This document shows, in pieces, positions 20,701-26,893 of a stretch of DNA of 34,500 nucleotides. The stretch comes from Thermoanaerobaculia bacterium (lineage in GTDB: Bacteria > Acidobacteriota > Thermoanaerobaculia > UBA5066): the NCBI GenBank assembly GCA_039812785.1, contig JBDIBE010000002.1:1-34500 (forward strand), written 5' to 3'. The notes under the pieces are model-generated. The model saw only the letters and a list, made by a program, of their open reading frames with translations, had not been told where the DNA came from and searched no databases. The translations under genes were made by a program, and so were the position numbers. How positions within the stretch are numbered: the first letter of the stretch is position 1; the number at the start of each line of letters is the position of its first letter.

Positions 20701-21428
20701 CAGGCGCCGCGGTCTCCGGCACCGTCTCCGTCGCCGCCGCGGCCACCGACGCGGTCGGCGTGACGAAGGTCGAGTTCCTCCTCGACGGCGTCCTCCAGGC
20801 CACCGATACCGCCTCTCCCTACGCCTGGAGCTGGGCGACGGCCGGCTCGGCCAACGGCAGCCACGCGCTGACGGCGAAGGCGTACGACGCCGCGGGGAAC
20901 GTCGGCGCCTCGGCCTCGGTCGGCGTCACGGTGAACAACGCGACGGGGACGAGCGTCGGCGGCTGGAAGATCGTCCAGGCGAGCTCCACGATCACCTACA
21001 CGATCCCGGCCGGCACGGTCATTCCCGCCGGCGGCTACCTCGTCGTCGGGCGCAACGCCACGAAGGCCGCCTTCGAGGCCTTCTGGGGCGTCACGCTCGG
21101 GAGCAACGTCGTCTACCTCAGCGGCGGCGACGCCTTCCCGCAGATCAACGGGAGCGAGAGCTACACGCTCAACAACGCCGCGGGGACGAAGGTGGACGGG
21201 AAGACGATCAGCACCGGCACGGCCGCCGGCCAGTCGCTCCAGAGGAAGGACCCGTGCAACGCCGTCGGGAAGACGGCGAGCTGGACGATCGGCGCCACGA
21301 CCGCGGCGACGCCGGGGCGCGGCGCCGGCGCCGGCTGCGCCGGGGGCGTGAAGATCAACGAGTTCTCCGACGCGGGCGGAACGAACAGCTACGTCTACGA
21401 GTTCGTCGAGCTGCACAACGACAACTGA
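17760..21428 (+). CDS. Secreted multidomain extracellular nuclease: Endonuclease I (EndA/Vvn/Bsn family) + Fn3-like + permuted LTD-like + 2 Ig-like + permuted LTD-like
   Basis: Start at ATG 17760 (MKVSRARVAARLARLAPAALLFLLGTTGPAAAAP, a signal peptide), with GGAGAG 5 nt upstream. Endonuclease I motifs: NREHTWAKS, DAHHLRATDNSYNSARSN, KGDVARSILYMDVRY, QQNRNPFVDHPEW, with many Cys. Fn3-like segment: FTVTWTTDEPSDSRLEYGPTTAYG...GLAAGTTYHFRAGSTD. LTD-like strings: VVNEFADASGTGSYVYEFLELH and KINEFSDAGGTNSYVYEFVELHN. Confidence 0.85.
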   Translation: MKVSRARVAARLARLAPAALLFLLGTTGPAAAAPPAGRARGPLGPWLDGCSAGFRLASMPSAWTVASGQPVKVFTRLAVDFDGLPEDQYTVSVSPDGEKSFRLVGYASGFLRAEVRAAGSAEPIAVLTGARFDTESHAPAVLTWSGLDRHGKPAAPGAYEIEVRGRLLPAWAEGFVAGELGYADLDGFSEAAEACTRVLRVEVVPGMRRAPLAAAAFAASCAPPPASYYDTVDASSPAALRASLHAVIDDHVRFPYTSSTTDTWDILNDADENPDDPSTVLDLYRNATFADGCSTGCAWNREHTWAKSYGFQTESGSAATPYTDAHHLRATDNSYNSARSNLPHGACTSGCATYPTDVNAGAGGAAEVNRGSGGSVSCTTPAAGMAWETWDHRKGDVARSILYMDVRYEGGTGPLGAEPDLIATDDLALMYAETTSCGDGYQPVAYHGILSTLLAWHAADPPDADEMRRNDQVWCYQQNRNPFVDHPEWVDCLYRGSCGGGNPGVSFAGIQTATDAAPCSATGVTVSWPAPSAWNDGCASGCSRGFRVLRSGAALSSGGCAAPLAATATSCTDTTAVAGSAYTYAVEAFNAEAETSTGGASLAATDRTNDGAAPVFSASPAAVASSTTSFTVTWTTDEPSDSRLEYGPTTAYGAAVTAAAMVTSHSVSVTGLAAGTTYHFRAGSTDACGAGPSWSADGTVTTQAAGGGGAALAIGGYRLTQANATYTYTIPAGTAVPADGYVVVARGADEAAFETYWGVSLGANVVFLNSAGAMPVINGSETYTLTDASGALVEGPTIAMGSAGGQSIRRNDPCQAAGAPASWSVGAESTATPGSGAGAGCGAGLVVNEFADASGTGSYVYEFLELHYDAPAPADTTAPAVSIASPAPGAVLSGAVSVAATATDAVGVTKVEFLLDGALQATNTTSPYSWSWATTAAANGSHALTAKAYDAAGNVGASAAVSVTVSNDTTAPAVSITSPAAGAAVSGTVSVAAAATDAVGVTKVEFLLDGVLQATDTASPYAWSWATAGSANGSHALTAKAYDAAGNVGASASVGVTVNNATGTSVGGWKIVQASSTITYTIPAGTVIPAGGYLVVGRNATKAAFEAFWGVTLGSNVVYLSGGDAFPQINGSESYTLNNAAGTKVDGKTISTGTAAGQSLQRKDPCNAVGKTASWTIGATTAATPGRGAGAGCAGGVKINEFSDAGGTNSYVYEFVELHNDN
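20382..20939 (+). repeat. Tandem direct repeat, 2 x 279 nt (2 x 93 aa Ig-like domains) inside the nuclease gene
   Basis: Copy 1 is 20382-20660 and copy 2 is 20661-20939. Both begin gacacgacggccccggccgtctcgatc and end ...gtgagcaac / ...gtgaacaac. Long identical runs include ggccaccgacgcggtcggcgtgacgaaggtcgagttcctcctcgacgg and caacggcagccacgcgctgacggcgaaggcgtacgacgccgcggggaacgtcggcgcctc. Confidence 0.9.
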
Positions 21429-21444
21429 GAAGCGCCTTTCGCCG

Positions 21445-21480
21445 CAGAAGGGGAGCCCGCGAGAGCGGGCTCCCCTTCTG
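21445..21480 (+). terminator. 16-bp perfect hairpin with GAGA tetraloop, 17 nt after the nuclease stop; second copy of the 26-nt core
   Basis: cagaaGGGGAGCCCGC-gaga-GCGGGCTCCCCttctg. The core is identical to 10333-10358. The outer stem bases differ from the first copy but remain complementary. Confidence 0.6.
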
Positions 21481-21535
21481 CGTGGCCTCGCCCCCGCGCC
21501 CCCGCCGACGCCCTGCCGGCATAGACTCCCCCGCC

Positions 21536-22096
21536 ATGGCGCCGCCGCTCCCGATCCGCGAGTGCTACTGGGTCGTCCCGGGCCTTCTCCTCGCCGGCGA
21601 ATACCCCTACTCGTTTCGGGAAGCGGAGGGACGAGACCGGCTCCGCGCCTTCCTCGCCGCGGGGATCCGCCTCTTCGTCAACCTGACGGAGCCGCGGGAG
21701 ACGGGGCGCACCGGGCCGCTCGAGGCGTACGAGGACGCGCTCGCCGAGGAGGCGGAGGCGCTCGGCGTCGAGGTCCGCGTCGTCCGCCATCCCGTCCGCG
21801 ACATGGGCGTCCCGGAGGACGGGGGCCTCGAGCAGATCGTCGCCGAGCTCGAGGGGGCCGTCGAGCGGGGCGAGCCGGCCTACGTCCACTGCTGGGGCGG
21901 CATCGGGCGAACGGGGACGGCCGTCGCCGCGTTCCTCTCCCGCCGCCACGCCGTGAGCGGCGACGAGGCGCTCGCCCTCCTCGCCGACCTCTGGAAAGAC
22001 GTCCCGAAGAGCGAGTACTTCGTCACGTCGCCCCAGACGAACGAGCAGTTCGAGGCCGTCCGGCGCTTCGCGGCCGGCCCGGAGGCCGCGTCGTGA
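21536..22096 (+). CDS. Cys-based (HCX5R) dual-specificity/PTP-like phosphatase
   Basis: 186 aa, MAPPLPIRECYWVVPGLLLAGEYP... The active-site loop is VHCWGGIGRTGT (C-X5-R) and the general acid region is VRDMGVPED. I saw no SD. TAGACT (21522-21527) lies 8 nt before the ATG. Confidence 0.8.
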   Translation: MAPPLPIRECYWVVPGLLLAGEYPYSFREAEGRDRLRAFLAAGIRLFVNLTEPRETGRTGPLEAYEDALAEEAEALGVEVRVVRHPVRDMGVPEDGGLEQIVAELEGAVERGEPAYVHCWGGIGRTGTAVAAFLSRRHAVSGDEALALLADLWKDVPKSEYFVTSPQTNEQFEAVRRFAAGPEAAS

Positions 22097-22878
22097 GCGA
22101 CCGGATCGACTCCCCGTCGAACCCGCGCATCGCCGCGGCCGTCCGCGCCGTGCGCGAGGGGGAGGCGCTCCTCCTCGAGGGGGCGCGGACCCTCGCCGAC
22201 GCCCTCGACGCCGGCGTCGTCCCGGGCGTCGTCTTCGCCGCGGCGGACCTGACGCCCGTCGACGAGCGGGCCGCGTCGCGCGCGCGGCAGGCCGGCTCGG
22301 AGATCGTCGAGGTCTCCGCTCGCGTCCTCGCGCGCCTTTCGGGCCTCGAGTCGACGCGCGCCCTCGTCGCCCTCGCCGACGCGCCCGAGGCGCGGCTCTC
22401 CGACCTCGCGGGCGAGCGGCTCGTCCTCCTCCTCGACGGCCTGCAGGACCCCGCGAACGTCGGCGCGATCCTCCGCGCCGCCGAGGCCTTCGGCGCGGGC
22501 GGCGTCGTCCTGACCCCCGGCACGGCCTCCCCCTTCGCGCCGAAGGCGTTCCGCGCCTCCGCGGGAAGCGCGCTCCGGGTGCCGGTCGCGAAGAACGTCC
22601 TCTCGACCGACCTCGTGACGTGGGCGCGCTCCTACGGCGCCTCGCTCGCGGGGGCCGACGCGCACCTCGGCGAGGACCCGTCGACGCTCCGCGGGGTCGC
22701 GCCGCTCGTCCTCGCGATCGGCTCGGAGGGGCACGGCCTCTCGGCGCCCGTCGTCCAGGCGCTCGACCGCCGCGTGACGATCCCCCTCTCCCCGCGCGTC
22801 GAGTCGCTCAACGCGGCGGTCGCGACGGGGATCCTCCTCTACGCGCTCTCCCCGAAGACCTCGGCCGAGAAGCGGTAG
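22093..22878 (+). CDS. SpoU/TrmH-family RNA 2'-O-methyltransferase (RlmB-like, with N-terminal substrate-binding domain)
   Basis: GTG 22093 overlaps the phosphatase TGA (tcGTGAgc), with GGAGG (22081-22085) 7 nt upstream. Motifs: LLLDGLQDPANVGAILRAAEAFG, LAIGSEGHGLS, IPLSPRVESLNAAVATGILLY. Confidence 0.9.
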   Translation: MSDRIDSPSNPRIAAAVRAVREGEALLLEGARTLADALDAGVVPGVVFAAADLTPVDERAASRARQAGSEIVEVSARVLARLSGLESTRALVALADAPEARLSDLAGERLVLLLDGLQDPANVGAILRAAEAFGAGGVVLTPGTASPFAPKAFRASAGSALRVPVAKNVLSTDLVTWARSYGASLAGADAHLGEDPSTLRGVAPLVLAIGSEGHGLSAPVVQALDRRVTIPLSPRVESLNAAVATGILLYALSPKTSAEKR

Positions 22879-23396
22879 ACGGCCGCGGGCGGGTTGCCCG
22901 CGCGCCACGCGTCGCCCGGGAGGCCCGCCTTCAGGCAGACCTGCGTAAGGAGGGTCGGGACGTCCCACCCCCACTCCGGCGCGACCTGCGGAAGGAGGAG
23001 CCCCGAGCGCGACCCCTTCCTCACGAAGACGCCGTGGACGCCGATCTCGATCGACGCGAGCGGGTCGGCGACCTCCTCGAACGGCGAGAGGACCGAGACG
23101 TCGACCGAGAGCCTCGGGAGGTCGCGCGGCTGGGCCGGGGCGAAGCGCGGGTCGCGAAGGAGCGCGGCGACGGCGTTCTGGGCGACGTCCTCGGCGAGCG
23201 GGCGCCACGGCTCGACGCTCCCGATGCAGCCGCGGAGCCGCCCGTCCTTCTTCCAGGTGACGAACGCGGCCCCGGGCTCGGCGAGCGCGCCCGACGGCGC
23301 CGGCATCTCGCGCCTCCCCTCGGGGAGCGAGAGCGCCTTCGCCGCGGCGTGGCGGGCGCGCCGGAGAAGCTCGGCCTTCTGCGTCTCGTCGAGCAT
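22839..23396 (-). CDS. AMMECR1-domain protein
   Basis: 185 aa. Motifs: GAAFVTWKKDGRLRGCIGS, DPRF, GLLLPQV. GGAGG lies 5 nt upstream of the ATG. The 3' end overlaps the trmH-like 3' end by 40 nt (convergent). Confidence 0.9.
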   Translation of the reverse strand: MLDETQKAELLRRARHAAAKALSLPEGRREMPAPSGALAEPGAAFVTWKKDGRLRGCIGSVEPWRPLAEDVAQNAVAALLRDPRFAPAQPRDLPRLSVDVSVLSPFEEVADPLASIEIGVHGVFVRKGSRSGLLLPQVAPEWGWDVPTLLTQVCLKAGLPGDAWRAGNPPAAVYRFSAEVFGESA

Positions 23397-23411
23397 CGCA
23401 TCCTCCCCTCG

Positions 23412-24050
23412 CTACGCCGGGCGGCCGGCCGCCCGGAGGCCCGCCTCGACGAGGAGGCCCGTCGCGGCCGCCTCGAAGGCGTCGAGCCTTCCCGTGAAGA
23501 AGTGGTCGGCGCCCGGGACGACCCCGGCGCGGAAGCCGTGCCGCTCGGCCGTCTCGACGGCGAGCTCGCCCGCGCCGAACTGGTCCTCGGATCCCTGCAC
23601 CCAGCAGACCTCGCGCCCCTCGAGGGCGCGCGCCTCCTCCTCGGGCCAGCGGTCGAGCGGGACGCCGATGAGGAGGAGGACGTCGGGCGCGACGGCGATC
23701 GCCGCGCGCGCGGCGCAGAGCGAGCCGAAGGAGAAGCCGGCGAGGACGAGCGGGCCGTCCCAGTGCCGCTCGCGCATCCACCTCACGGCCGCGACGAGAT
23801 CGTCCGTCTCGCCGCGCCCCTCGTCGTACGAGCCGGCCGACGCCCCGACGCCCCGGAAGTTGAAGCGGAGGGACGGGAGGAGGAAGCGGTCGGCGAGGAG
23901 CTTCGCCGCGCGGTGGACGACCTTCGTGTGCATCGTCCCGCCGAAGAGCGGGTGCGGGTGCGCGACGACGGCGGCTCCCGCCGCGTGAGGGGGGACCCTG
24001 AGGAGCGCTTCGAGGCCGCCCGCGGGGCCGGGGAGCGTGAGCGACTGCAT
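23412..24050 (-). CDS. Alpha/beta-fold hydrolase (COG2945-like)
   Basis: MQSLTLPGPAGGLEALL..VVAHPHPLFGGTMHTKVV.., nucleophile elbow LAGFSFGS. The start is uncertain: ATG 24050 fits family N-termini, and GTG 24083 (the track start) is the alternative. Confidence 0.7.
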   Translation of the reverse strand: MQSLTLPGPAGGLEALLRVPPHAAGAAVVAHPHPLFGGTMHTKVVHRAAKLLADRFLLPSLRFNFRGVGASAGSYDEGRGETDDLVAAVRWMRERHWDGPLVLAGFSFGSLCAARAAIAVAPDVLLLIGVPLDRWPEEEARALEGREVCWVQGSEDQFGAGELAVETAERHGFRAGVVPGADHFFTGRLDAFEAAATGLLVEAGLRAAGRPA

Positions 24051-24096
24051 CCGGGCGGAGGTCACGGCGCGCGAAGTTAGCACGCGCTCCGCGGCC

Positions 24097-24615
24097 TCAT
24101 ACCTTCGCCTCCCCGTGGGCCGCCGCGTGCAGGCCGTCCGACGGCGGCCGCGCGAGGACCGAGATCGTCCCGTCCACCTCGAGGACGGCGAGCCGGCACT
24201 CGGCCACGGACGCGCAGCCGTTCTCGCGGAGCGCCTGGAGGAGCTCGCCGTGGCTGATCCGCTCCGCCTGGAGCGCCCGCTCGTCGACGTGCCCGCGGTA
24301 GACGAGCATGCGGGCCTGGCCGCGCAGCAGCTTCTCGATCCCCCTGTGGTTCGTGGCGAGATGGCCGAGAAGGCTGTTCGCCACGAGGAGGACCCCCGCC
24401 GCGACGAGCCCGCCGACGAGGGAGCTGTCGGGGCCGACCATCGCGTTCTGCACCGCGTTCGCGATGAGGAGGATGAGCGCGAAGTCGAACGGCGCGAGCT
24501 GGCCGACCTCGCGCTTGCCGCTCAGGCGGAAGCCGACGAGGATGAACGCGTAGACGACGAGGGTCCGGAGGACGATGAGCCCGATCGGACCCGGGCCGGC
24601 GAGCAGCTCCTTCAT
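24097..24615 (-). CDS. DUF421 (YetF-like) membrane protein
   Basis: Start at MKELLAGPGP (ATG 24615), with GGAGG 6 nt upstream. It has two or three N-terminal TM segments, the FDFALILLIANAVQNAM motif and a soluble C-terminal domain. The track start at 24651 lies upstream of the SD. Confidence 0.7.
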   Translation of the reverse strand: MKELLAGPGPIGLIVLRTLVVYAFILVGFRLSGKREVGQLAPFDFALILLIANAVQNAMVGPDSSLVGGLVAAGVLLVANSLLGHLATNHRGIEKLLRGQARMLVYRGHVDERALQAERISHGELLQALRENGCASVAECRLAVLEVDGTISVLARPPSDGLHAAAHGEAKV

Positions 24616-24671
24616 GGTCACCTCCGCGCGGGCCGACGCCCGCGGGGGCATTCTCGCGCGCGGGCGCGAGA

Positions 24672-24680
24672 TGCCAGAAT
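24672..24680 (+). promoter_or_regulatory. Extended -10-like element TGcCAGAAT, 6 nt upstream of the GTG start of kinase 1
   Basis: TG (24672-24673), n, CAGAAT (24675-24680), ccttcc, GTG 24687. No SD is present. An 8-bp inverted repeat tctcgcgc/gcgcgaga (24652-24671) abuts it. Confidence 0.3.
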
Positions 24681-24686
24681 CCTTCC

Positions 24687-26228
24687 GTGAGCGGAAGAGC
24701 CCCGGCCCGAGCGGACGTCGCGAACGCGCCCGACGTCGCCCACCTGATCGCGACGCTGGAGGGGCTCCCGCACGACGTCGTCGTCTTCGAGGCCCAGCCC
24801 GCGGAGGACGGGAGCGTGGCCGATCTCCGCTGCGTCTTCGTGAACGCGAGCCTCGCCCGGGTCCTCGGAATGCCCGCGCACGACCTCGTCGGCAGGGGCT
24901 ATTTCGAGGTCGCGCCCCCCGCCGACACCGAGGCCTTCGCTCTCTTCTGCGCGACGGCGTCGGACCGGGCCCCCCGCTCCTACGAGGCGCAGTCGCTGAC
25001 GCTCGGCCGCACCAGCCGCGTCTCGGCGTTCTCGCCCGCCCCCGGCTTCGTCGCGGTCGTCTCGAAGGACGTGACGGGCGAGGCCGTGGCGCTCCACCTC
25101 CTCGAGGCGCGCGAGAGGGAGCTCCGGGAGACCCAGCGGATCGCGCGGCTCGGGACCTGGAACCGCGACCTCGTGACCGGCGCGACCGACTGGTCCGAGC
25201 AGACCTTTCGCATCCACGGGCTCGACCCCGCCGGCCCGATCCCGAGGCCGGAGGACCTCGCCCTCTTCTACGAGCCGGCGAGCGCCTCGGCGCTCCTCGC
25301 CGCGTACGAGCGCCTCAAGACCGACGGGACCCCCTACGAGGTCGAGGTCCGGCTGAAGCCCGCACCGGGCCGCGCCCGCGCCCTGATCGCGCGGGGAGAG
25401 GCCGTCCGCGACGACGACGGCCGGATCGTGAGGATCCGCGGCACGGTCGTCGACGTCTCCGAGCGGGTCGGGGCCGAGCAGATGCTCGCCGAGCTCCGCG
25501 CCGAGCTCGCCCTCGTCAGCCGAAGGACGGTCCTCGGCGAGGTCGCGAGCTCGCTCGCGCACGAGCTCAACCAGCCGCTCGCGGCCATCCTGTCGAGCGC
25601 CGAGGCCGCCTCGCGCCTGATACGCGGCGGGAGTCACTCCTGCGACGACGTCGTCGAGATCCTCGGCGACATCGCGGCCCAGACGGAACGGGCGGCCGAC
25701 GTGATCCGCAAGCTCCGGGGCCAGCTCCGGCGCGACGCCCAGGCTCCGGAGGCCATCGACCTCAACGCGCTCGTCCGGGAGACGCTGCAGCTCACGGCGA
25801 CCGAGGCGCGGCACCGCGGGGCCGCCGCGACGCAGGAGCTCGCCGACTTCCTTCCTCCCGTCTTCGGCGACCGGGTCCAGCTCCAGCAGGTCCTCATCAA
25901 CCTGTTCCTGAACGCCCTCGACGCCGTCGAGAAGGGGCCGCGGCCGCGCCGCGCGACGATGAGGACCTGGGCCGAGGCAGGGCGCGTCTGCCTCTCCGTG
26001 ACGGACTCGGGCGCGGGCATCCCGGCGGAACGGCTCGAGCGGGTCTTCGAGCCCTTCTACTCGACGAAGCCGGGCGGGCTCGGCGTCGGGCTCTCGATCA
26101 GCAGGACGCTCGCCGAGGCTCACGGCGGGAGCCTTCTCGCCGGGAACGCACCGGACGGCGGGGCCGTCTTCCTCCTGACCCTACCCGCCGCGGCGCCGCC
26201 GGACGGGACGGAGGCCCCGGGCCGATGA
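24687..26228 (+). CDS. Soluble PAS-PAS sensor histidine kinase (FixL/NtrB-like HisKA)
   Basis: 513 aa with a GTG start and no TM segment. H-box SSLAHELNQPLAAI, N-box QVLINLFLNALDA, G1 VTDSGAGI, G2 GGLGVGLSIS. Confidence 0.9.
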   Translation: MSGRAPARADVANAPDVAHLIATLEGLPHDVVVFEAQPAEDGSVADLRCVFVNASLARVLGMPAHDLVGRGYFEVAPPADTEAFALFCATASDRAPRSYEAQSLTLGRTSRVSAFSPAPGFVAVVSKDVTGEAVALHLLEARERELRETQRIARLGTWNRDLVTGATDWSEQTFRIHGLDPAGPIPRPEDLALFYEPASASALLAAYERLKTDGTPYEVEVRLKPAPGRARALIARGEAVRDDDGRIVRIRGTVVDVSERVGAEQMLAELRAELALVSRRTVLGEVASSLAHELNQPLAAILSSAEAASRLIRGGSHSCDDVVEILGDIAAQTERAADVIRKLRGQLRRDAQAPEAIDLNALVRETLQLTATEARHRGAAATQELADFLPPVFGDRVQLQQVLINLFLNALDAVEKGPRPRRATMRTWAEAGRVCLSVTDSGAGIPAERLERVFEPFYSTKPGGLGVGLSISRTLAEAHGGSLLAGNAPDGGAVFLLTLPAAAPPDGTEAPGR

Positions 26229-26833
26229 CCCGCTTCGACCGGCTCGTCCTCCTCGTCGACGACGACGATGCCGTGCGCCGCAGCCTGAAGCGCCTCCTCG
26301 CGGCGAACGGCTTCCGGGTGGAGACGTTCGCCTCGGCCGAGGAGCTCCTCGACGCGTCCCTTCCCGAAGACACCGGCTGCCTCGTCCTCGACGTCCGGCT
26401 CCCGGGCCTCGACGGCCTCGGGCTGCAGCGCCTGCTCGCCGACCGCGAGGACGAGCTTCCGATCGTCTTCATCTCGGGGCACGGCGACGTCCCGATGAGC
26501 GTCCGGGCGATGAAGGCCGGGGCCCTCGACTTCCTCCCGAAGCCGGTGCGGGAAGCGGACCTCGTCCCCGCCGTCTCGTCCGCCCTCGAAGCGTCGCGAG
26601 TCCGCGCGGCGCGGCGGGAGGAGGTCACCCGCGCGCGGGCGACCCTCGCGCTCCTCAGCCCGCGGGAGACCGAGGTCCTCCGGTTCGTCGTCGAGGGGAA
26701 GCTGAACAAGCAGATCGCCTCCGAGCTGGGCATCGCCGTGAAGACGGTGAAGCTCCACCGCGGGCACCTGACGCGGAAGACGGGGCTGAAGTCCGTCGCC
26801 GAGCTCGTCCGGCTCGTTCAGACCGCGGGCTGA
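26225..26833 (+). CDS. NarL/FixJ-family response regulator (REC + LuxR-type HTH)
   Basis: ATG 26225 overlaps the kinase TGA (cgATGAcc). REC: LVLLVDDDD ... CLVLDVRLPGLDG ... KAGALDFLPKP. HTH: LSPRETEVLRFVVEGKLNKQIASELGIAVKTVKLHRGHLTRK. Confidence 0.9.
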   Translation: MTRFDRLVLLVDDDDAVRRSLKRLLAANGFRVETFASAEELLDASLPEDTGCLVLDVRLPGLDGLGLQRLLADREDELPIVFISGHGDVPMSVRAMKAGALDFLPKPVREADLVPAVSSALEASRVRAARREEVTRARATLALLSPRETEVLRFVVEGKLNKQIASELGIAVKTVKLHRGHLTRKTGLKSVAELVRLVQTAG

Positions 26834-26893
26834 AGCGATCCGGGATTCGCCCCGCCCGGCGGTCCCGATTCACAGGGGATCCCCCGATCGGGT

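Noticed and set aside
20382-20939. The two 279-nt repeats as a diversity-generating retroelement template/variable repeat pair.
   Set aside because: Differences between the copies are not confined to adenine positions. Both copies are in frame in the same gene, and no reverse transcriptase or accessory gene is nearby.
17583-21416. A 1277-aa antisense ORF covering the whole nuclease gene. Similar very long ORFs occur opposite or out of frame to real genes, for example 26933-29995(-), 30483-33767(-), 4168-6471(-), 6239-8062(-), 8626-10473(-), 12268-13848(-), 13848-15890(-), 14135-16207(+), 16005-17549(+), 1098-2873(+), 2870-4546(+) and 4071-6425(+).
   Set aside because: These are Arg/Pro/Gly/Asp/Glu-rich low-complexity translations with no family motifs. 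Each is mirrored by a motif-rich gene in another frame. Stop-free shadow frames are expected in GC3-saturated DNA.
17760-21428. The nuclease gene as a horizontally acquired island.
   Set aside because: By eye, GC content and GC3 codon style match the flanking genes. No mobility genes or tRNA attachment site is adjacent.
26864-26892. The GGGGATCCCC palindrome and the flanking cccgat/atcggg inverted repeat after RR1, as a terminator or operator.
   Set aside because: The stem is short (6 bp) with a large loop. The inner palindrome has no loop and cannot fold. It is much weaker evidence than the 7-2-7 palindrome a few bases downstream.
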